Part shown: positions 19,155 to 30,600 of the stretch, in pieces
How positions within the stretch are numbered: position 1 is the stretch's first letter
Layout of the letters: each line of letters begins with the position of its first letter
From: Azolla caroliniana
Taxonomy: Eukaryota; Plantae; Polypodiophyta
Reading direction: 5' to 3'
DNA: 64,000 nucleotides
NCBI GenBank assembly: GCA_043228905.1
Contig: JBHGNT010000002.1
Span: 4,092,001 to 4,156,000, forward strand
Notes under the pieces: model-generated
Told to the model about the DNA's origin: nothing
What the model saw: the letters and a program-made list of their open reading frames with translations, nothing else
Database searches by the model: none
Program-made: the position numbers and the translations under genes

Positions 19155-22100
19155 GCTCGGTTTTTTAAACTTAAAAAATTGTTGGTTCACCTTGTCCCCA
19201 TTCCTGCTCCACCGAGCACAAATGGTAACTTCAATCCTAAATTGATCAAGGAGGATGGTTCACTGTCAGAAGATGTATCGAAGATCATGGAGGCAATCAC
19301 ATCTCACTATAGTGGGCTACTATCAAATAGTTATAGTCTCCCAGCCCAACCTTCGTTGGCAAAATTTGTATTGGAGGGAATGCAACCAAGAATTTCAGAG
19401 GTTGCACAAGTTAAGTTGTCAGGGCCACTCTTGGAAGAAGAGGTGGCAGACGCTTTGGCAAGTATATGTAATACATCTTGTCCAGGCGACGATGGATTAT
19501 CAAAAGATTTTTATGAAATTTTTTGGGAACTAATTAAGGTTGACCTGATTGCTGGACTAAATGAGGCATGGGATGATGGGTACCTCCCTGAACATTTTAA
19601 AGAGGGACTAATATTTCTAATTCCTAAGGTAAAGGGTATAGTTACGGATGTGAGGCAATGGAGACCGATTACGCTGCTCAACACAATCTATAAGATTTTT
19701 GCTAATATGCTGGCCAAGAGGGTCAAACCCCTCTTACATGCGCTAATTAGTGTTGGACAAATAGGATTCATGGAAAATAGATGTATAATTGATAATGTGT
19801 TGACCTTTTGGGAAACGATTGCCCTGGCGAAGAAAACCAATCAACATATTGCATGCCTCATGCTTGACTTTGAGAAGGCATATGACAGAGTACGATGGCC
19901 TTTTTTAGACAAAGTCATGGAGCGGTTGGGACTACCCTCAAAATGGAGTGCAGCTGCGTTGGCCCTTTACAAAGGAAGCTTGAGTAGGGTGTTGGTATTA
20001 GGGCAACGGGGCCCATCAATGCCATTATGCAAGTTGCAGGAATTCGGGGTTTGGTTGTCTCACATGCTTGCAAGGACTTGTTGGACTCCATGTATGCAGA
20101 TGACACTATGCTCTATTTGCAAGGCAATGATGCTAATTTACAGCAGGCTGAAAAACGGATCGAGTTGTTTTGTGAAGCATCAGGGGGGAAAATTAATTAG
20201 AACAAAAGTAGAGGGTTTTGGGTAAGTCCAAACTCCAGGCCGCATTGGCAACCTAATGCTGATTTTCAATGGGTTCCTAATGGAAGGGCGGTTAAGTATT
20301 TGGGCTTTTTGGTGGGAGTAGAGATTCAGAAAAATCAGCAGCTTGAGCAAGTGAAAGACAAAATTAGAAAAAAGCTTCGGTTATGGACATCAATAAAGCT
20401 TTCCCTTGCAGGTAGAGTGGTTGTGGTAAACCAAATTTTGTTGGCCACCATGTGGCACTCGTTGGCATGTTGGATGTTAGATAAAGATTGCATCAAAAAT
20501 ATTAAGGCAATGGTGAGAGGGTTCCTTTGGTCGGGTAGAGACCATGAGACAGCGTCAGCGAAAGTGGCCTGGAGTTGTTTGATCAAGGAAAAAAGTCAAG
20601 GTGGACTTGGGCTGGTGGATCCGGTTCACCAAAGTAAGGCTTTACTTGGTAAGCTCTTGGTGCGAAGTCTCCAACCTGGACCAGAATTGTGGAAATTGCT
20701 TCTTAGAGACAGAGCTAAACTCTAGTGTCCGAGGAATGGCGGCCCTTGGACGGCAAAGACGTGGTGGCTGTTTAGTCTAGGCCTAACGTTAAAAGAACCT
20801 ACTAGCATGGAGGATAGGGTGGCCCGCTCCATAATGAGGGCATGGTCAAGTTTAAGAGAGGGGCTTGTCTTAATGCAGCCAAAAACAATGGAGGAACAAC
20901 TCCGTCAACCTCTATTTTGGAACCCTAGGATTCGAAGTGATGACGGTATGATGCTTGGTCAGAAAAAATACTTGCCATGGGGAAAATTGGTAGAGTACAA
21001 TGTTAGTTCAGTAAGAGACTGGGAGGAGTTCAAAAGGAGAAGAAGGGAGGGATTGGTTGGTAGCCCTAGATTTACTGGCAGGTTGGAAAAGATTACCCAT
21101 TTGATAGATAAGGCTGTTGATGGTCTAGCTAGGATGAATGAAGAAGAGGGGGTCTGGTTTGGGTGGTTTGTGGGTGAGGATGATGCACAAGTTATCCGAG
21201 GCAGGTGCCCATCTAATGAGTATCGGTGGTGGGGCAACCTAAGTGCTTTGGTAGACAATGGCCAGTGGTTGGCAGTACGAGTGGCAATGCTAGAAGGTAA
21301 GAAGTGGCAAGTAAACCCGGACCCAGGGAAGCTGCAATCTGATTGTAAGCTTTGGATAGTTGACAACAAGCCCATATGTGATCTGGATTGGGATCCACTA
21401 GAGGTGTGGTGGCAGAAACCAGGAACGGACAAACTTGAACGGTTTTTCGAGTACACTACCAAGCTAGGAAGGCAAATCATTGGATCTAAATCGATGGGTG
21501 TTGCCCTAACTCGCAATAGCTGGAAGGATAAAGGCATTTCTGATGGCTGGTTGAAGTCGTTTTGGAGGAGGCTATGGGCGTTCGATATGCCAGAAAAAAT
21601 AAAGCTTTGGTTGTGGCTTCTTAGTCACAAAGCTGTACCAGTGGGGGAGTGGCTTAAGTGTCGTGGTGGTGAGGCTGGATGCAAAATTTGTGGTCACCCT
21701 TTGGAATCAATTCCTCATTGTTTTTGGAATTGTAACGAGGCTATTAACATTTGGGGTAGAAGTCTCCGGATAGTGGCAGCATGCGGCGTGAATGGGAGAG
21801 TTGTATGGGGGTTCGTACAGGGGCTGAAGTTAACAGGGGAAGGTTGGGCTGAACAGTTAAACCCTCACGGACATGGATTTATAGTGCAAGGTGGCAAGGT
21901 GTTTCAACGGGCTGGAGTTCGACCTGGCACTAACTCGGAACTTTTTGAAGAGATATGGAGGATGGTGGCTTGTTTATCGGTCTGGCACATTTGGACCAAC
22001 CGCTGTAAGTTTGTTTTTCAACAACAAAAGATCCCTAGTGGTGAGTTATTAATAAATATCTGGTTTGAGTTGGTCTCTTCGCTGCGGGGACGATACGACT

Positions 22101-22463
22101 CGATTAAGGGGGAATCTGATGCAGCTGAAAGATCTCGATCAAAGTTCTTGCTGAAATGGGGTAATTCTCCTATGGTCGGCAGATCATCATCAGGGCCTCA
22201 ATGGCACTACCAAGCACCCCGATGGTTGTTTCCCCCAATAGTTTCCAACAACGTCTAGGTGTTGTAAATTTGTATAGTTATGGTACAAATAACTAGGTTA
22301 TTGGAGTTGTTTGGATATGTTTGTTGAAAATGAGGTGGGGACTATGTCCGCTTTGGTGGGAAGGCCAGGGTGAGGGCTGTTGAGAGGAATTTTGAGAGTT
22401 CTATGATGTAATTTTGTTTGCTAACTAATGCGAAGCAGTATTTTTTTGGAAAATAAAAATAAA
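19155..22463 (+). mobile_element. 5'-truncated, 5'-inverted L1-type LINE (ORF2 RT plus C-terminal zf-RVT), pseudogenised
   Basis: 15-bp TSD aatatatgtgtttat at 19140-19154 and 22464-22478. A-rich tail at 22450-22465. RT motifs CPGDDG, WRPITLLNTIYKI, LDFEKAYDRV, YADD (~20093) and KYLG; CKICGHPLESIPHCFWNC zinc finger. Lesions: deletion and frameshift near 20030 (QGCPL motif missing), stops at ~20198 and 20723. Confidence 0.93.
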
Positions 22464-25303
22464 AATATATGTGTTTATAATCATTGTATAATATTTAATA
22501 GCTCAAGGGCTAGTCACGTTGTTTTGATGTGGCATATGAAAAGAGCGAAAAGCAAGAAAAGCTTGAGGTTTTGGCCATAATGATCAATAGAAGAAAAAGG
22601 GCAAAGAGGAATATACTAAGACAACACTAGTCACCGCTATCAAAAGGGTCAACAATTTGAACCCACTAACAACTTGGAAAGAGATATAGTGGGCATAAGT
22701 GATGACAAGGGATTGTGTGATAAATGTGAGTAATTGACATACGTTTTGTTGAAAGTAGATGACCTTCTAGGGGAATGAGAAGAGATTCTATTTTTACCTA
22801 GCAAAGCTCTTGAAAGTTAAAACACAAGGAGTAAGACTCATTGTCGGGTTCACAAGTTTTGGGAATCGAACAAACAAGCTTCGACGACAATTTGACCAAC
22901 TCGGGGAAGTGAATCACAAGGATGCAAGGGAGGCCTACAATGGCCAAGGCACCATTTCCTTCAATAGTAGGCTCATCATGCTGAATCTTGGATCACATCC
23001 CCCCCCATAACTATTCCTCACCTTTTTTTTCACCCTATCTAAACGGGTTAAGATATACAATATGTGATTTAACTTATCTTGAAGTTTTGTGTGCTTGGGC
23101 TTTGTTTAACCCAAGTTTTATTGTGTAGTTGAAGCCTCGTTGACAAGGTTTGTTCTCACCCTAGAACCCAGGCTTGACACTTCCAAACCTCTCCTCACTT
23201 TCCTTTCATCTCCCTTTGGTCGTTTGAGACCCCGATTACCCCATATTCATATTTTACACACACAAAGCGAATTTCCGCAACAACGTAAAACAAATAAATT
23301 TATTTGAAGGCTCCCAAACATTTGTTAAAGACCCAATTATTAGGATTTTTGGGAGAGTTTTAATCATGTAGCCTATTTGAACAACATTCAACCACGAAAT
23401 GGGAGAATTTTCAAGTTATTTAACCACAATGTGTGGGGTTCAACAAAAACTAATAGAATACAAATAAATTTCTACATATTGAAAATACCTCTTATTCATT
23501 GAGCAAAGCAATATACCATCATTAAGCAATGACATGCTATTATAGATTGGATTTACAAACAAATCAATGAGCATTGTTAATCTCAAAGTAAAGTTTACCT
23601 TTATACACAACTACCTTGAAAGATGATGTGCATGCAAGAGGGCGAAAAAGGGCCAGAGAAGTAAAAAGGTACACATGATTGAGCAAAAGAGATGAAGAGT
23701 AACCCACGAACTATAGATTCCATTGAATATTGGATTTGCCATTTTACTAGACACCCACACAGTCTCACAGACATACTTCAATTAGTTATTTTTGAACTTC
23801 TTAAAGTTGGTTAATTCTAGGAATGGGAGGCAATCATCTTGTACGAAAACACACTTGAAGAGATGTAAAGTCTTGGGGTGTGGAATGCAAATAAAACAAA
23901 AAAGATGTCCATTAAATATTAGATTTGTCATTTCAACATACACCCACCCATGGTAAGGTGTTTCAAATACTTCATAAAATTTCTTAATTTTAGGCATAGA
24001 AAGTGATGGTTGTCAATGAAAACATTATTTAAGAAATCCAAAGCCCCTAGGCTGTGAATCTAAATTAAACGAACAACTAAAGTAAATGACGTACTACGAA
24101 GTAGGCCTTTTTGTTTCTTAACATAGCTCTTCACCCTCTTATTGTTGTTACAAGGTATCACATAGAGACCACCTTCTCCCTATTACAAAGCTAGACATTG
24201 CTCACCAAAGCATGATGTAAAACATTGCCTTTATGTAAATATTGAGTTAAAAAATGTAGACAAAAAATAGTCAGCATTTTCCAGTGTTAGGGTTGCATGT
24301 TTCGAGTTTCGAGCAACAAGTTTGGTATTAGTAAAAAAAAAATTGAAAATTTGGTTTGAGGTAATTCAGGCTAGCAATTCCTGCTAACATTAATCTTGAT
24401 GACATGAAGACTAGTGAAGTCAATAACATTGCCCTTTGCAATAAAAGTAGGTGTGTTGTCCATAAGTTAGGCTCCCAACAAGAAACATCATAACATTAAT
24501 GACATAAATTAGATTCAATTGTATTGACATAGATACAAGTATGCCTATTATACATTGACTTGGATAATGGAAAACCAAAACTATGCAAGGAGGTACATAT
24601 TAGATGGCAATATGAACAAAGGCCATTCTATATGCTACATTTGATTTGAAGTGTACAACATTTTCCTATGAAATAAACCCTTCACTCTTGACACTCACAA
24701 GAGTGGAAAGTTCATTCCAAAATTTAGTTGTGAAACTAGTGACATTGCGCCAATCTATGATTATCAAGGATATTTTGGAAACCATGTGGACGATGGGGCT
24801 TGATTTGCAATTGAATCGACCTCCACCCATAAGGTATTCTAACGGGGTCATTTCCCCTTCGCAATGTGAACACATATGTCCATTTCCATGATCCACATGC
24901 TGACATTGGACCATCATGCTAAACCCTAAACCCTAAACTAATGACAACATGACCTCTCCGAAGCAGTCAAACTCAACAATCTCAACTCCAGCTCGAGCTT
25001 CTCCTAAACCGCATGCCACATTGGTGTAACTGACAACCTGACAAATCTCCAACATGTGAAGGGCAGGACCGTCTAAAGCGTTGCACGAGACGATCTCTTC
25101 AACCACATATAAGCATGTGGCATATGTGTGTGTACATGAGAGCAAGGTTAAGAAGGACATAGGCACCCATTATCAGATTGTGGCCCGAAAAACTTTGGCC
25201 TAAAATGGACGTACGAGGGGTCTAGTGTGTGTATCGAGCCGATGGTCTCGATTGGTCTCCATGGCAAGCAAAAATGCATCCATCATAGCCACAGGGAGAC
25301 TGA

Positions 25304-25340
<37 letters not shown>

Positions 25341-25833
25341 TGTATCTATCTAGTGGCACAATCCTGCTATGGTCAATGTTCTCTCTCTCTCAAAAAGCAA
25401 AAAGCAAAAAGCAAAAAGCAAAAGCCAAAAAAAACAAGAAAAATGCGATTAAAATATTGTGAAATGCACATAAATGGAATCCAAACCAGCTTGCTTAGCT
25501 TCTTACTTCCTATTCAATTTATAGTCGTACAAAGGTACCCAATTGGGTTAGCTTTACTTAGCTACATGCGTCCTAACAAGGGTATGCTAAAAGGGTGGCT
25601 CAACAGAACACATGTACACCATAACATGAAGGCCTACATGCTAAACAAGGGTATGCTAAAAGGGGCACAAAGGAACACATGCACACCCAACATGAAGGCA
25701 CGCACTTGCATCCAAGGGACACCACATTTCCCCCCTGAGAGAAACAAGGAGTTTTACGACATGGGGAAAGGACGAGCACTAGAAGATGGGCTTGGGGTAT
25801 CATAGGGCTTGATGCGGGCAACATGGGCGGAGG

Positions 25834-26401
25834 TGTTAAGCGTTGGGATAACAACACAACCAGTCACGAATAAGAACGCATCAACAAGGACGTAGTACGA
25901 AGAGGAAACGACAAGAGGAAAGGAAAGCAAAGAGACGGCCAAATGTGAAAGGCCCATACCCTAAATGTGAAAGTTATATAAACCACATAATAGTGGCTTT
26001 GTGGGGGTTCTGCCATTTGTAAAGATCTCCTATTGATTAGAGCTAGAGCGTCCTCTCCTCTTTCTTGTAAACCTTTGAGCTTAAGAGAGATTAGTGAAGT
26101 GTTGAGTTAGAGAACACTAATCTCTCCCCTTGTTGGTGCTAGACCTCTTAGCAAAGAGGGTTAATAATAGACATACTCTTGCTTCTTATTGTCTATACTA
26201 TTGATCTATTGTTTATGAGAGAGAGAGCTTGAGAGAGTGAGAGAGATATCGTGCTAATCATTTACTAATCGTTGAGTGAGTGTGAGGCTCAGAGGTATCC
26301 GACAACCATCTCCGCCCGATTCACCATCAAGAGGGTATACGCCGGTCCGAATCCCGCACGACATCGAGGAGCTTACTCCATCGATACATAGATCCTTAAC
26401 A
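25834..26401. mobile_element. Solo LTR (568 bp) of a fourth family, inserted in the integrase C-terminus of element A
   Basis: Ends tgttaag...cttaaca form a 7-bp inverted repeat. 5-bp TSD ggagg at 25829-25833 and 26402-26406. Removing it rejoins A integrase as ...FTS/AHVARIKPY. TATA-like ttatataaa at ~25974 suggests + orientation. Confidence 0.85.
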
Positions 26402-26705
26402 GGAGGTGAATCAACCATTGGAATCGCGTCGGAGCAAGTAAGTCGTGGATTTGATTACACAAACCATGGTGAATGGGCCGATCCATCGGTGCATGAGTGA
26501 TTCGTTGAGACCACACTGCCGGACTGGGAAGTAAACAAGGACTTTGGTTCCATCATCATAAGTCGGGGTAATTGTCAGGAACTCTATTAAGGCAGAGAAG
26601 GAATTAGTACTAAAAGAAGGATTAGTACTATTGTCGGGGAATAGTACTAAGACAGAGAAGGATTAGTACTATGAGAGGTGTCAAACTTTGAGAGAAGGAA
26701 TGGGT

Positions 26706-26747
<42 letters not shown>

Positions 26748-27029
26748 TGATGCGAAAGGTATATGTATTATATGAAGGAAGATATACAACAGTAGTTAGA
26801 AGGCTTAAGACTGGCGTTGAACCGATTTGGTTCGAACTAATGCCTTGCGCCTCCTTTTATAGTGTCTTCAGGAATACTCCTGAAGTTTCTAGAATGTTCC
26901 AGAGAAATCTGGAATATACATCAATTTCCCAATAAAACCTAAATGAAAATAATATCCTTCAAATTACAATTCATAACCTAATGGTAAAGTCTCGACCCGT
27001 GTAACAAAAGGTTATGGGTTCGAGTCTAG

Positions 27030-27674
27030 TTATGACACTATCCCCCCTTTAAAACGACGAGTTCCACGAGTCGTTTTGGATTGAGGACCCGGTTTCTCGG
27101 GATATCGTCGATGGAAGTCTTCTAGAAGAGCACGAGCATTGGTCACATTCTCGATCGGTTCCCAAGTACGCTCGCTGGGACTATATCCTAGCCAATCGAC
27201 TAGATAGTAGAGCTTGTTGCGAACAATCTTGGAATCGAGGATGGCAGCGACCTCATACTCAGGTCCATCTTCGAGCTCGATAGGAGGTGGTGGTTGTATA
27301 GTACGTCCTGGGATAGTGCTCTCGTGATAGGGTTCGAGGAGAGAACTATGAAACACCGGATGTATCCGAAGTTGCGGAGGTAGCTCGAGACGAAAAGCGA
27401 CATCATTAATCTTCCCGATAATACGGAAAGGACCTAATCGCCGATAATCCAACTTCTCACATGGACGAGTAGTCTTGATGTGTCGTCGTAGCAGCCACAC
27501 CCGATCTCCAATGTTAAAACTGGATGGAAGTCGATGACGATCTGCGTAGTCCTTGTGTGATTGTTGAGCTTGCTGGAGTTGAGTAGATAAATCCGCTTGT
27601 ATCTTGCGTAACCGCTCCAAACGATCCTCCGCGCAAGGATTTGTGGACACTTCTGGGGTTTCAAGGACACACCA
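27030..27674 (-). CDS. pol: Pol of chromovirus B, 3' part (GPY/F domain plus chromodomain)
   Basis: KLDYRRLGPFRI...IHPVFHSSLL and YEVAAILDSK...YYLVDWLGYSPSERTWEP. It joins in frame with the 5' part as GYHPR-WCVLETPEV after removing the Copia and one TSD copy. Confidence 0.92.
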   Translation of the reverse strand, partial: WCVLETPEVSTNPCAEDRLERLRKIQADLSTQLQQAQQSHKDYADRHRLPSSFNIGDRVWLLRRHIKTTRPCEKLDYRRLGPFRIIGKINDVAFRLELPPQLRIHPVFHSSLLEPYHESTIPGRTIQPPPPIELEDGPEYEVAAILDSKIVRNKLYYLVDWLGYSPSERTWEPIENVTNARALLEDFHRRYPEKPGPQSKTTRGTRRFKGGIVS

Positions 27675-27679
27675 CCGGG

Positions 27680-30600
27680 TGTCGAATACATGTGTATAAT
27701 GGACGTATTCACACTATCCCGTTTTGGTCATTTATGTAATTAGCATAAAGGGTAGTTGCCCTAAGTCGGTCACTATATATAGTGACCTTGTAACCTCTTT
27801 GTGAGGTGGGTTGTTGTATTATTTGCTTTATGAAATAAAGACTCTTTTGTGCCTCTCTCTCTCTCTCTCTCTCTCTGTGCAACGACTACAAAACTGTCAT
27901 ACGCAGGTACTAAACAGGAATCGAGTGCTTCTTGATCTTCCGCACTGACGACATTGCTTCCAACATCTGGTATCAGAGCATTCGAGGTTCGACCGTCATC
28001 ACCGCCTGCACAGCATTCGGTTCTTCACTTCACCGCGGCCTGCACAGTATTCGTGTCATTCGAAGAAAGAGAGAAGAAGAACAAAAACCAGGTTTGCATC
28101 TCATTGCGTTAGATCATCTTTGCCTGGAGGAAGCCAGTAGGTTGTACTCCGTCCTCCGAGATCGTAACCGCTCGAGGTGAAATCCCCTTGTGCAACTTTG
28201 ACACGATCGTGCTCCACTCGGTTAAACGGCATCCGAAGAGGTCATCAATCGCCGCTCGTTGTAACCACTCGGTGCAGATTGGTCTCAAGATAACAACCCC
28301 AATTCGTGCTTCATCCGGCTGATTGACATTCGAGAGGATCAGTTGGATCTGTCTCTCTCGTCGCTGCAGCCACCCGAAGCAGAATCGGTCCAGATAATCG
28401 GTTTCAATAATCGGTATTCGGCACATATATCCGAAGCCGAACCGACTCGGGTTCAAATCCGACTAGAACGATATCGGGTGAGCCAACCGGCTGCACTCCA
28501 ACAAGGTTCGTAGTCAACTCCGAACCGAGCTTCGTCAACAGAAACCAAATTTGATGGCATCAACATCCGGCTCGTCAGAAATGAGCCTACGAAAGTTCGA
28601 TGGATCGAACTTCAACTTCTGGAAAGAGCAAATGCAGGACTATCTCATAGTCAAGGGACAAATCGATCCCATCGAAAATGAAGAACCTCCAGAAGGATAC
28701 AAACCAATCGAGTGGCAGAAGCTGGACAGAATCGTACGCGCCACGATTCGGATGCACCTATCGGAATCGGTATATTTTACGGTGCAATCGTGTACGACAG
28801 CATTCGAACTGTGGAAAACACTGTCGGACACTTACGAAAAGAAGGTCGCCGCAACGAAGATGTTTCTGATCCGGCGCCTCTACAACTTGCGGATGAAAGA
28901 ATCCGATTCGGTTCAAGCACACCTCAACGAGTACGAAAGCATAAGCTCCCAAATCTCGTCACAGGGGACGGCAATCGAGGATGAACTCAGAGCAATGATA
29001 CTCATGAGTAGCCTTCCCTCATCATGGGAAACTTTCGTCACAACCGTGTGCAACGCGTCAACCACGGCTGTTAAGTACTCCGAAGTCACGAGCGCAATTC
29101 TGACCGAAGCAGCTCGGAGAAAGTCTTTCGCCAAAGACTCAACAGACGACGCTTACGTAGTACAAGGTTCGACAGACCGATCGAACATACGAGGAAGAGA
29201 TTCCTCACGGCCGCCGAACAATCAGCGAAGACGGAGCCAGTCACGGGATAACCGAATCTGCAACTATTGCAAGAAACCCGGACACATCAAAGCCGACTGC
29301 CGTGCACTCAAGAACAAGAACAACAAGAAGAGTGGCCGGCATGAGGAGATCAATTACGTCAGCTCCTCAGCTGATGTACTACCGGACGACCCGAATATAC
29401 TATCAATCGAAAATCCAGTCGGATCAGAAGTTCTACTCACGACTGAAGAATCGAGCACATGGCTGTTAGATTCGGGCGCGTCCTTTCACGTGACTCCTCA
29501 TCGGTCCCAATTTCGGCAATATACGATCCGTCACTCCGACTCAGTTCGAGTCGGCAACTCACAACACTGTGACATCATCGGAATCGGCACAGTAGAGCTC
29601 AACCTTGCAGGTGGCTCTACACTTGTACTCCACAATGTCCGACATGTACCCGAGCTCTCAAGGCCATTGATCTCAGTCGGACAACTAGATGAAGACGGCA
29701 TTCGTGCCGGTTTTTCTTCGGGAGGGTGGACACTCCACAGGGGGAACCTCCTGCTTGCTAGAGGACCCAAGATACACTCACTGTATCCGTTACATGTTAC
29801 GCTCAGAGAGGGCAACCTGTTTTTGGTGGATATTCCTGTGTCATCACTATGGCACCGAAGACTGGGACACCTCAGCAAGGCCGGCATCACGCACCTATCT
29901 AGAGCCGGATACATCCCCAAACTCTCCTTCTCGGACCATCAATTTTGCGAGCATTGCCAGTATGGCAAACAAACAGCCGCATCACACCCGACATCAGCAC
30001 CAAGAGAAACGAGACCCCTCGATTTGGTCCACTCGGACGTCTGTGGCCCAATGCCGCATCAGTCTCTCGGCGGTGCCTCTTACTTCGTCAGTTTTATTGA
30101 CGATTCGACTCGAAAGGTGTGGGCTTATCCAATTCGCACCAAAGATCGGGTCTTCTCGATCTTCACCGATTGGCTCGCTATGGCAGAAAATCAAACCGAC
30201 CGAAAGCTGAAATGCCTTCGGACCGACAATGGGGGAGAGTTCAAATCCGAAGAATTCGTCAAATTCAGCCGACAACGCGGCATCAGACGTGAATTTACGG
30301 CACCACACAGTCCGGAGCAAAACGGGATTGCAGAACGAATGAATCGGACAATCCAAGAACGGATAGTTTCCATGCTCCAACACTCCAGACTGTCGGATGG
30401 CTTCTGGGCCGAGGCTCTACTCACGGCAGTACACATAATCAATATGTCGCCAAGTAGACCTCTAGGACTTCAAATTCCTCAGGAACTATGGATCGGCAGT
30501 AAGCCGAATTACGACAAGCTGAGGATCTTCGGATGCGAGGCGTACGCCCTTATTCCGAAAGATGATCGCCGAAAACTTGCACCTCGGTCCAGGAAATGCA

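Noticed and set aside
22500-25200. Short ORFs, including a CxxC (CSHC) at ~24860
   Set aside because: No recognisable domain; probably eroded TE sequence.
25227-25805. 192-aa ORF
   Set aside because: It runs across a CT repeat, the foldback arm and the antisense strand of LTR A; chance read-through.
25757-26260. Alternative solo-LTR boundaries with a ttta TSD
   Set aside because: The 25834-26401 boundaries give perfect TG..CA inverted ends, a 5-bp TSD and restore the integrase end, so they fit far better.
26708-26935. Duplicated small ORF (also 37434-37625)
   Set aside because: It lies within the two LTRs of element B on the antisense strand.
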